Assembly: GCA_043754535.1 (NCBI GenBank)
Contig: JAYUUN010000128.1
Location: 1 to 45,099 of the forward strand
Length of the DNA stretch: 45,099 nt
Direction of reading: 5' to 3'
DNA from: Chloroflexota bacterium
Lineage (GTDB): Bacteria; Chloroflexota; Chloroflexia; QHBQ01
Shown: positions 27,001 through 34,780 of the stretch, in pieces
Layout: each line of letters begins with the position of its first letter
Position numbering within the stretch: the stretch's first letter is position 1
Position numbers and translations under genes: made by a program
The notes under the pieces: generated by a model
What the model was told of the DNA's origin: nothing
Seen by the model: only the letters and a program-made list of their open reading frames with translations
Database searches by the model: none

Positions 27001-27886
27001 TGGCCGGGTCCAGGTAGTGGCCTGCCCAACGGATCACAAAGCGCGAACCGTTACTGTCCTGGATGAAGTTGGTAAAGACCCCCGCCGCCCCAATGGGGTT
27101 GGGTAGTAGGATTTGGCTGAACCAGGTGCTGATCGTATTACGCGGGTTGGCGGGGCTAGGGATCGGTGAACCAGGACCGATCAGACCAGCGAGGCTACCG
27201 GGCTGGAAGCCAACGATACCAGCACTCTGCACTTCCAGGCTACTGTAGGAGGTTCCATAGTAGTTGAAGGCGAAGGGTAGACTGATCGTCGCTACCGCAC
27301 CATTGCTAGCGATGGCCTCGATCCGATTGGTGGCAGGAATGTAACTGCTGCTCTCCTGCGTACAGACGTAGCCGAACTGATCGGTCTTACGCACGATCCG
27401 CAGGTCGGGTACGCTGTAGTTGCTGTTGGACACGGTGATCGCAATGTCATCCGCCTTCTCGCAGTGGTCAGGGACGGTCACATGGAGGGTGTACTGACCA
27501 GGGAAGATTTCGCTGAAGCTGTACAGGCCGTTGACGTTGGTGGTAGCGGTCAGGTTGCCGAAGGTGACAGTGATGCCGACGACCGGGGTGATCACCGAGC
27601 CAGAAGCGTCGGTGCGGACTACCCGTCCCGACACCGTGTAACTGATGCCACCACTGGGCCGAATCACGCTGATTTTAGCCGCACTGGGGTTGGTCACTGC
27701 CGGTTGGACTTCGATCTCTTGCTGGTAAGCCTTGAAGATGCGGGCGGTGTGGGGTTTGCCGCCCTTCAGGGTGGAGTCGCTAGCCGTCCAGGTGACGAAG
27801 GTGCCGAAGAACATGGAGAGAACCAGCACCGCTGTTAGCCAGCGATAAACACGGTAGTTTGCACGCTCGTTTGTACTATTGACCAT
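24086..27886 (-). CDS. Large multidomain surface protein with three C-terminal SLH repeats
   Basis: N-terminal hydrophobic signal; two carboxypeptidase-regulatory-like beta domains (PGQYTL, PPGTYTL); LPFAFNYYG domain; CARDB-like (DL...ATIKNFG...DENPVND); FSDV/FRDV/FSDV SLH repeats with TRGQ, TRGQ, KRGE. Confidence 0.85.
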   Translation of the reverse strand: MVNSTNERANYRVYRWLTAVLVLSMFFGTFVTWTASDSTLKGGKPHTARIFKAYQQEIEVQPAVTNPSAAKISVIRPSGGISYTVSGRVVRTDASGSVITPVVGITVTFGNLTATTNVNGLYSFSEIFPGQYTLHVTVPDHCEKADDIAITVSNSNYSVPDLRIVRKTDQFGYVCTQESSSYIPATNRIEAIASNGAVATISLPFAFNYYGTSYSSLEVQSAGIVGFQPGSLAGLIGPGSPIPSPANPRNTISTWFSQILLPNPIGAAGVFTNFIQDSNGSRFVIRWAGHYLDPATTTATLDCELVLWRKGAAQPYSYDIYMNYQTTGNQTPDPEDDYSIGQKASVGLEGPAANNTVDGFQYSFREGVLFTGLSIHYSVPPQGTVTGVLRRFFAPSSPLTGVVRARGTSRTFSTRVDYTPPLTSYNGVYTLTLPPGTYTLEGNASRYISDTTTVSVVAGQTTQGADILLKSARGVYQQAAYNNMWVTYGMTSTDFAMNIANGGTGNLRWFLREATNPPPNPLALPARTGDDVIPIDPATCLTNGYPTLRYSRQVPRTDGQPGTLEASAVDWTLNPHNVLTAPLRVLLYSDHNQPPDLYYYNNANPPPVPAIYYNPSARGLCYLSRIAGEPPFQISGYFNEPAGFWNALNNPTNTWDVVLVEHDQNLRFQDYPLSGQPNGTYAPHWQILRDYLNGSGVFNGREGGKLVMSTFDVTGLQPGPGNPVYTETAQFFNNTFGIQGRNPREVNPRSQYIWEPNNQLFSRPFVLTDVTNQSLLGYNTGYGSPMVVDEVIAQPLAGYSRNATEGEASLVATLDQKAVLASNRLVLNRQGINNIPPDPQAAKWYANMLKYVEAPPINYTDLPWISESPISGTTNITTPTRVQFTLDARNLNARTVLTGFLYSANNDPLVDLRLGGKVIPLRVEVIAPGDNTPTPSAPPIVDLGLYKVEARATVPNFSNLPQLNQPSIVTATIKNFGAIQFEGSASVRLYFNQVTTPTQVTACSNPNDCFAAQTSNLPGGQTLAIGTTHTFTEGGKQRVWVVIDAPGDENPVNDIGSGTVCVATRTTPSFSDVPATNIFVSYIEFLYCNGIVGGFPNTPPTTIRFEPNSNTTRGQFAKITKLGFGIPSYVPATPTFRDVAVGSVFYGYIEAVARVGAVNGLTAAQCTGLGTTSPCYGPNVNITRGQVAAIVQRVRRYAVYSPTSPTFSDVAANNLFFNAIETLAHGGIISGNYCAGTSGPFCFRPNDNIKRGELSKVVKRSIDLIP

Positions 27887-28125
27887 CACTTCATCCTCTC
27901 TAAAGGAAACAAGGCCGCTGCCAACCACCCTCGAAGCGGGCTTGTAGCCGCAGCCAGTTTAACTCATGCACCTCAACACCCATCAGCAGGCGGTAGCGGC
28001 GGAAGGTGGAGGGCCTATATAGCCCAGGCAAGTTGCCAGGCAGGCCCGCCAAAAAGAGGAGATGGGGGCAGGCATACCAGGCTGACTGCTCCCGCCCCCT
28101 CTCTTTGCTTGTGTTGCTCGGCAGC

Positions 28126-30195
28126 TTACTGGCCGGGCAGTACCAGGTGAACAGGATTGCCGCGCAGGGTGATCAACCAGGTGGTGCGGTCGGTAGCCTG
28201 GGTGTCCACCACGTAGCGCACCTGCCAGTAGCCGCCAGTGTAGGTTGGTTCTAGTCGATAGACCATGTCGATCCAGCGGTTCTGGCCGTTCTGATTAGTA
28301 CCTACCTTCGCCAGGTAGCGGTCGGTGTTGTTAATCACTACAGGCGACTCACCGGCGCGGTTACGGTCGCTCTGCACACCCTGCACGATATTGAGGCCAG
28401 TCTGCACGTAGTTGGTAGGGTGGGTAGCGTCTGGTGGGTGGAGCAACTGGATCGTGCAGTTGCCATTACCAACATCACCAGGGTCGAACAGGCGCACATC
28501 CATCACCTTGCGGGCGGCATCAGCTGGGACGTTAGCCATGTAGAGATCGGACTGGCCTCGCGGCAGGGTAATATAGACAGGCAGCCGTTGCAGGGCGAAG
28601 ACGCGCACACCAGCCGCCCCAGCCCCATCGAGCAGTAGGCTGAAGTTGTTTTGGCCGGGGATGTCCACCCGCCGACCGCCATTGGTGTAGGCAGCGGTGC
28701 GGTCAGTATTGAGGTTGAGTCGCCACTGGGCAAAGCCATTGTTGGTCAGGTTACCGCCAGCTGGGCCACCAGGGTGGATGGGGCTACCCACACTGCCTGT
28801 GGTATTATAGTCCACCCACTTGAGGTGGTAGAGGTTGCTGACGGGGTCGAAGATACGGTTGTAGTCGTTCCAGTTAGTACCGGAGATGGTCGAAGTGTAA
28901 GGTACAGCTGGCACAGTCCACTGTGAACCAGCCAGCACTGCATCGTCACCGTAGTAATAGGGCGTGCTGTCCGGCGGGTAGAGCTTGTAGTAAGTGTTCA
29001 GTTGCTGCGCGCCCGATCTAGAGGTGTAATCACCGTTGACGTTAGCGTTAGTGCTTGCGGTGGTACCACGGCAGTTGGCTACATTCTTGGCAACCAGAGT
29101 TGCAGGTGTGGCTGTAACTTGAATTGACATGGAGCCAAGAGGATCAATCTGGTTCAGACCACTAGAGGCAGCGATGTTGTCACCAGTGAAGAACGAGTTG
29201 CTCGCGCACCAGGTGCTCTTCACCGGATCGCTAGGAGGATTAGCTCCTGTGGGGCTGGCGTTGTCGTAAGCATTAGGATTGTTGACATTGTAGGTGGGCG
29301 GGTTGGCAGCAAAAGCAGCATCGAAGACCCGCAACTGGGCCGCGCTGCCAGGGGGCATATAAATGCCGAAGTTGTAGCCGGTGTTGGGTTGATTGTTGTC
29401 GTAGTCCTCCTGGAACTGGCTGCTCTGGTCGTTGCAGAGGCCACCATTGTTGTTGCAGTTGTACTTGACTACGAAGGGGTCGCCATAGGCTTTGTCAGTT
29501 CCAGCCCAGTGTAGGCTAAGCCAGAAGTTCTGAGTGCGGATCGTACTTCTGTAATTGCCCTCGATCCGCTCTGGGTCGCCACCAGTGAAGGTAGGGTTAG
29601 AAGTATCGCCAATGTAACCAGGCAAGGGCGGGACAATCATACCAGGCGGTACCTGCCCCTTGCCGGTACCGAGGAATGCCTCTGGCGCACCCATCTGGAT
29701 GGGGCTGCTATACTCGGCGATAGCCTCGCGGGCCACCTTTATCTTCTTGAAACCGATCAGACCCATGAAAGTAGTGGTGTAGGGAGCAGTAACTCGCACC
29801 TTCAACTGCACATCAATCGAGACCTTGATCGGGATCACGCACACCTTGTCGAGCGGCTGGTTGGTGGCACTACAGCCGCTGGCGTTGGTGAAGCCGTTGC
29901 GCTGCGAGGTGTCCAGCGATAGTTCGGTGGCGTTGCCGCCAAAGTTGGTGCCAGCAAAGAAGTTGTCAGGCATGAAGACCACGCCCGCGAGGGAGGCGGC
30001 ATCGGCAGCCCGCTGCATCTTTGCCCCTTGCAGGCGCATCATGCCCACGTCGTAGACCAACCCGGCAATGGTGAGCAGCACGCCGAGGGCGAGGGCCAGG
30101 ATTACGATTGCCTGCCCCTTCTCGCGGCGTACCAACAGGTTGCGGGTTAGCCAACCCGCCTCAACCCTGCTCAGATTCATCCTTCGCTTATCCAT
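28126..30195 (-). CDS. TadG-like pilus protein with large C-terminal putative adhesin domain
   Basis: EKG|QAIVIL prepilin-like site, TM helix, D.G...MQRAADAASLAG Tad motif; ~520-aa Asn/Thr/Gly-rich extracellular region. Confidence 0.85.
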   Translation of the reverse strand: MDKRRMNLSRVEAGWLTRNLLVRREKGQAIVILALALGVLLTIAGLVYDVGMMRLQGAKMQRAADAASLAGVVFMPDNFFAGTNFGGNATELSLDTSQRNGFTNASGCSATNQPLDKVCVIPIKVSIDVQLKVRVTAPYTTTFMGLIGFKKIKVAREAIAEYSSPIQMGAPEAFLGTGKGQVPPGMIVPPLPGYIGDTSNPTFTGGDPERIEGNYRSTIRTQNFWLSLHWAGTDKAYGDPFVVKYNCNNNGGLCNDQSSQFQEDYDNNQPNTGYNFGIYMPPGSAAQLRVFDAAFAANPPTYNVNNPNAYDNASPTGANPPSDPVKSTWCASNSFFTGDNIAASSGLNQIDPLGSMSIQVTATPATLVAKNVANCRGTTASTNANVNGDYTSRSGAQQLNTYYKLYPPDSTPYYYGDDAVLAGSQWTVPAVPYTSTISGTNWNDYNRIFDPVSNLYHLKWVDYNTTGSVGSPIHPGGPAGGNLTNNGFAQWRLNLNTDRTAAYTNGGRRVDIPGQNNFSLLLDGAGAAGVRVFALQRLPVYITLPRGQSDLYMANVPADAARKVMDVRLFDPGDVGNGNCTIQLLHPPDATHPTNYVQTGLNIVQGVQSDRNRAGESPVVINNTDRYLAKVGTNQNGQNRWIDMVYRLEPTYTGGYWQVRYVVDTQATDRTTWLITLRGNPVHLVLPGQ

Positions 30196-30222
30196 CTCGC
30201 ATACTCCTTAGCTGCTTGTAGC

Positions 30223-30822
30223 TTACTGGCCGCAGAAATCACCGGGGTTGCCCTTGTAGCAGAGCGGTTCGATTGGCATCAGGGTGGTGGCTGTCAGATC
30301 AATACTACTAGACAGCGCGTGCATAAAGGGGTTGACCCAGTCATGGCGATAGCTGATCGTGATAGCCGCGATGTCGGTAGGGTCAATCGTCTTGCGGGTG
30401 GCTGGATCCCAGCCGCCAGGGGTGCTGTCTGGTAGCCAGGTATAAACCCCAAAGGCGTTCGGCCCCCAGTGATAGCGATTAAATACCGGGTCGGCGCAGT
30501 TAGGGTTGCTGAGGGCGACCCCAGCACAGCTACTCTTGCTGGCATCATAAATCTTGATTGCCCGCACGTTGTTGTAGTTGAGACCGAGCAGGCCGCTGGT
30601 GGTGATTGCGCGAAGGGCCGCGTCGTCGCTGCTAGGCTGGGTACCAGCGGCGGAGATGCTGCGGGCGGCATCCAAGACAGCGATCTGAATACCGAGGCGA
30701 TCCTTGAAGTAGAACGCGATTTCGATCAGGCCGAGGATGATCACTAGAAAGAGTGGGAAGACGAGGGCGAACTCGACCATTGCCTGGCCCCGGCTGCGCT
30801 TACGCCGCTTGTTCATCAACAT
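30223..30822 (-). CDS. TadE/TadF-like minor pilin
   Basis: RG|QAMVEFALVFP, TM helix, DAAR; AGGAGG RBS. Confidence 0.9.
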   Translation of the reverse strand: MLMNKRRKRSRGQAMVEFALVFPLFLVIILGLIEIAFYFKDRLGIQIAVLDAARSISAAGTQPSSDDAALRAITTSGLLGLNYNNVRAIKIYDASKSSCAGVALSNPNCADPVFNRYHWGPNAFGVYTWLPDSTPGGWDPATRKTIDPTDIAAITISYRHDWVNPFMHALSSSIDLTATTLMPIEPLCYKGNPGDFCGQ

Positions 30823-30835
30823 CGTAAAACCTCCT

Positions 30836-31483
30836 TTACGGTAGAGTACCGCACACAGACGTGGGGTCTGGTGCTGGCTCGATCCGCATAACCGACCGCT
30901 CCGAGGAGGAGAGTTGGCCGTTCGGCCCCATCAGCTTGCCGACGAACGTCATCGTAGTATGGGTGTAGTACATACGCACGCCCAACCAGGGGGCCGCCGT
31001 GAGGCCAGCGTTGGGCAGTGGATTGTCGCCACGGGTTCGGGGCTTCCAGGGCTTAGCTGCATCGGCCTCCACCACAGTGGGGGTCAGGATCGTGGAAGTG
31101 GTGCCAGTGATCACGAAGCGTTTGTAGGTGTTGACCAGACCGCCAGAGATGTTGCCACTTGGATCAGCCTTGTAAATCTCCACCTTCCAAATGTCGCCCG
31201 GATCCATCTTGCCCTTGAGGGCGGCACCGAGGCGCAGCAACACTGCGTCGTCCGGCGAAAAGCCAGTAGCGGGGTCAACCAAGCAGCGGGCGAACGCGCC
31301 AATACGCGAAGCCTCACGCACGGCGTAGAGAGCGTTGTAGTGGCCGGAGAGTAGCAGACCTACCTCTAGCGTACCCATAGCCAGCACGAGGATTAGCGGG
31401 GTGATGATCGCCATTTCGACCAAACCCTGACCGCGCCGCCGCGTTCCGGCCAGCCCTCGTTGCCTGTTTCGTGTTTTGAACAT
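30836..31483 (-). CDS. TadE/TadF-like minor pilin
   Basis: RG|QGLVEMAIITP, TM helix, AVREASR; ATG 31483 after GGAGG. Confidence 0.9.
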   Translation of the reverse strand: MFKTRNRQRGLAGTRRRGQGLVEMAIITPLILVLAMGTLEVGLLLSGHYNALYAVREASRIGAFARCLVDPATGFSPDDAVLLRLGAALKGKMDPGDIWKVEIYKADPSGNISGGLVNTYKRFVITGTTSTILTPTVVEADAAKPWKPRTRGDNPLPNAGLTAAPWLGVRMYYTHTTMTFVGKLMGPNGQLSSSERSVMRIEPAPDPTSVCGTLP

Positions 31484-31600
31484 CTTACTTTTCCTCCAAA
31501 CAACCGCGAGGATGCGACTTGTAGCACAATGATAGCGGGGGGTACACCTACCCGCCTTCATCATAACACGCTTATCAGTAGCCCGTAAATAGGAAATTGG

Positions 31601-32971
31601 TCATGGGTCGGCGCGCAAGTTGAGGCGGGCGCGGAGGGCAGCGGCAATCTCGCTGCGGGGGACAGCTTGCTGGGCGATCTCGCCCTTTGCGCCCCCCTCG
31701 GCGGCGATGGTGCGTAGCTGCACTAGATCTTGAGCCTGCTCGTCGGGGCCGAGGATCAGGGCTAGGGGGATGCCACGAGCGGCGGCGTACTTTAGCTGCT
31801 TGCCCAGGTCGCCCTTCTGGTAGTCGTAGGCGACCTCGACATTGAGGCCAGCGGCGCGCAGTTCGCCCGCCAGCATGAGCGAAGCAGGCAGGCTCGCCTC
31901 GTTAAAGACGCTGACGAAGACCTGGGCCAGCGTCTTGCGTGTCTGCTGCCCCGCCCGCCCCTCGATGATGTCGATCAGCCGCTCCAGGCCAAAGCTGGTG
32001 CCGACTGTCGGCAGATTGCGCCCGCTGAACATCCCTACCAGTTCGTCGTAGCGACCACCGCCCGTGACGCTGCCCACCCCACCATCCACCACTACCGTCT
32101 CGAATACTGCGCCGGTGTAGTAGTTGAGGCCGCGAGCGAGGGTAAGGTCAACCGCATACGCGCTGTCTGGCAGGAGGTGGGGGAGGATGCGGACAACCGC
32201 GCTCAACTCGTCGACCCCAGCCACCCCCTCTGGGATCGCGGCGAACCGCTGGCGCAGGTCGGCTAGCAGCTTGAGGTCATCGGCCTGGTCGCGGCGGCCC
32301 TTGCTGAGCAGGGCAAGGTCTAGGGCGCGGCGGGCTACGTCGTCGGCAATACCGTACTTCGCCATCGTCTCAAGCACGCCCGCTGCGCCGATCTTGGGCA
32401 GCTTGTCAATGGCGCGGAAGATGCCAGCCGCCTGCTCGCCAGCCCCGGCGTAGAGGCCGATAGCGGTCAGCAGCTTGCGGCTGTTAAGCTGGGTGTAGTA
32501 GTTGCTAAAGCCGAGGTCACGCAGCCCCTCATAGTTAATGCTGATCACCTCTGCGTCGGCCAGTGGACTGCTGCTACCCACTATGTCTACGTCGCACTGG
32601 TAGAACTCGCGGTAGCGGCCCTTCTGGGGCCGTTCGGCCCGCCAGACTGGTTGTATCTGGTAGCGTTTGAAGGGGAAAGTTAGTTTGGCTGCGTGCTGGC
32701 CGACTACGCGGGCTAGAGGCACAGTCAGGTCGTAGCGCAGGCCCACATTACGATCACCGTGCGCGAAGCGGTAGAGGAGATGTTCGTCCTCCCCGTACTT
32801 GCCCTCCAACGTCTCGGCGTACTCCAGAGCGGGGGTTTCCAGCGGCTCAAAGCCGTGCCGCTCGAACACCTGGCGCAGGGTGTCGATCACGTACTGGCGG
32901 ACGACCATCTTCTCTGGCAGGAAATCGCGGAAGCCACTGAGCGACTGCGCCTTAATACTTGCTTCTTGCAT
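31601..32971 (-). CDS. hisS: Histidine--tRNA ligase
   Basis: GFRDFLP, LRYDLTVPLAR, WRAERPQKGRYREFYQCD, ARGLNYYTG, GGGRYD, FGLER and anticodon-binding domain. Confidence 0.97.
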   Translation of the reverse strand: MQEASIKAQSLSGFRDFLPEKMVVRQYVIDTLRQVFERHGFEPLETPALEYAETLEGKYGEDEHLLYRFAHGDRNVGLRYDLTVPLARVVGQHAAKLTFPFKRYQIQPVWRAERPQKGRYREFYQCDVDIVGSSSPLADAEVISINYEGLRDLGFSNYYTQLNSRKLLTAIGLYAGAGEQAAGIFRAIDKLPKIGAAGVLETMAKYGIADDVARRALDLALLSKGRRDQADDLKLLADLRQRFAAIPEGVAGVDELSAVVRILPHLLPDSAYAVDLTLARGLNYYTGAVFETVVVDGGVGSVTGGGRYDELVGMFSGRNLPTVGTSFGLERLIDIIEGRAGQQTRKTLAQVFVSVFNEASLPASLMLAGELRAAGLNVEVAYDYQKGDLGKQLKYAAARGIPLALILGPDEQAQDLVQLRTIAAEGGAKGEIAQQAVPRSEIAAALRARLNLRADP

Positions 32972-33114
32972 GATCTTTCCCCTCAAACGTTTTAGGCACG
33001 CTGATCTTACCACAAACCAGTAGCGGGCGGCAAGCTGGCTCTGCTGCCGCGCTCCTTCTCGCAACCGCGGACAGCCTCTACAGCCAGAGGATGAAAGATC
33101 GTGGCTTGCTGCGC

Positions 33115-33143
33115 TTGACGAAAGCGGCGGCTTGCGCTATATT
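33115..33143 (+). promoter_or_regulatory. Sigma70 promoter of the DUF4388-kinase-HD-GYP operon
   Basis: TTGACG, 17 bp, TATATT. Confidence 0.65.
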
Positions 33144-33178
33144 ATGGTAACAATACGAGATATGGATACGGTGACGCA

Positions 33179-34777
33179 ATGGTGGAGCTAACGACCGATT
33201 CGACATCGCTGGCCGAGATGCTGGCCTACATCAAGCGCAAAGTCCGTAGCGGCTGCCTGCTGATCCGCGAGGAGCAGGCAGGTGGGGAGGTGGAAGCGCG
33301 CCTCTACTTTGATGAAGGCCACCTGGTGGATGTGCGGCGCGGGGTAGACAGTGGCGACGACATCATCTATCGCCTGCTGGGTAGCAAGATGCGTCAACGC
33401 TTCTCCTGGCAGAACGGCAGCCCGGCCCCTGGCACATCGATCAGTAGGGCCGACGAGTACTTCCTGCTTGCTACCCTCGGTTTGCAAGACGATGTAGAGA
33501 CTATGCGCCGCCAGTCGGATATTGAGCAGGTGCTGGACGCGCCAGAACCGCTCAGCCCGCCCCCAGCCGAGCAACTGGCCGCCCAGCCCGACCGAGTGGC
33601 GCAGGCGCAGTTGCGTTTTACCCGCCACGACACGATGCCGCTGCCGCTTGGTCGCGCTGTTGCCCTGGACGACGTGCTGGCCCTCGCCAGCAATGTCGGT
33701 GTAACTCCAGAAGACGACAGCCTCGCCCACCTGCTGGATGGTCTGGCGGTGCAACTTTTCTCTGGCTACCTCAGCTGGGAGCGGCGGGGTTCGCGGGGGG
33801 TCTTGCTGCTCTATCGTGGGCAGATCATTGATGCCCTCTGGCGGGATAGCGGGGTGCTGGCAGGCGGCTTCGCTACCCTCTCTGCCGACACCGCCGCTGC
33901 TTACCGCCAGATTGAGCGCGAAGCCAGCCAGAACGCCCTCCGCAGCGCAGCGACCCTTACTGCGCTGGACGACGACTTTGTGCGGAGCTATGCTGCCCTC
34001 GCTTATGGCGAAAACGCGCTCGGCAGCCGCCCCAGCCGCGAACAAAGCTTGACCAGCCTGCTAACCAGCCTCAGCCGCAACGCGCACACTGGTTGCCTCA
34101 AAGTTACGGTGGAAAGAGACGAAGCCAATGAGGGGGAGAGTGCGTATATATTTATGGCGGAGGGGGTTGAACTGGGCCGCTATCGTGAGAGCCTCAACAA
34201 CCTGGAGACGGATAGTACTTACCCCTTCGCCCTGGCGCGCAACACTCATGCCCTACTTGATGTCTACACCTCGCCCAGCCTGGAGCAGCTAGCGATCCTA
34301 ACTGTCCCAGCCGACAGCAGCGACCCCGCCCTGCAACTGGCCCAGCGTGACCAACGATTGCGGCAACCAACCCGACCAGCCACCAGCCCAGCCCCACAGG
34401 AACGGAGAGCGGCTCCGATTACTCAAAAGATAGACACCGGCGAGATTCAGCGGGAGGAGGGTAACCGAGTTAGCCAGCGCAGCAAACCCCCGCCACCGAC
34501 CGAGCGCGCCCCCAGCCCACCAGCAACCAGCCGCCCTAGCCCACAGAGCCTCAGCCGCGAGTTGCAGCAGGTAGCGCGCACCGTGCTGGGCAATAAGGCT
34601 AGCAGTGTGATCACGATCCTGGCTGGCGTAGCCCAGAAACCGAGTGAGATGGATAAGACGATCTCCCGCGCCAAGCTAGCAACCAAGATGCTGATTGGTG
34701 TTGACGAATACGAAGAACTGAGCAACCGATTTGATGCCCTGTTGGCTACCTACCGACGCAGCCAGCGGGAGGGATAG
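33179..34777 (+). CDS. Protein with repeated DUF4388/PatA-N-like domains and a C-terminal helical domain
   Basis: Three L..L.....[ST]G.L ... hydrophobic..G units (RSGCLLI..LYFDEG; FSGYLSW..LLYRG; HTGCLKV..IFMAEG), Pro-rich linker, helical tail. Confidence 0.7.
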   Translation: MVELTTDSTSLAEMLAYIKRKVRSGCLLIREEQAGGEVEARLYFDEGHLVDVRRGVDSGDDIIYRLLGSKMRQRFSWQNGSPAPGTSISRADEYFLLATLGLQDDVETMRRQSDIEQVLDAPEPLSPPPAEQLAAQPDRVAQAQLRFTRHDTMPLPLGRAVALDDVLALASNVGVTPEDDSLAHLLDGLAVQLFSGYLSWERRGSRGVLLLYRGQIIDALWRDSGVLAGGFATLSADTAAAYRQIEREASQNALRSAATLTALDDDFVRSYAALAYGENALGSRPSREQSLTSLLTSLSRNAHTGCLKVTVERDEANEGESAYIFMAEGVELGRYRESLNNLETDSTYPFALARNTHALLDVYTSPSLEQLAILTVPADSSDPALQLAQRDQRLRQPTRPATSPAPQERRAAPITQKIDTGEIQREEGNRVSQRSKPPPPTERAPSPPATSRPSPQSLSRELQQVARTVLGNKASSVITILAGVAQKPSEMDKTISRAKLATKMLIGVDEYEELSNRFDALLATYRRSQREG

Positions 34778-34780
34778 ACG

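Noticed and set aside
32972..33110. T-box leader for hisS
   Set aside because: No TGG-ACC T-box bulge motif or terminator seen; a TGGTAAGAT -10 lies only about 35 nt from the start.
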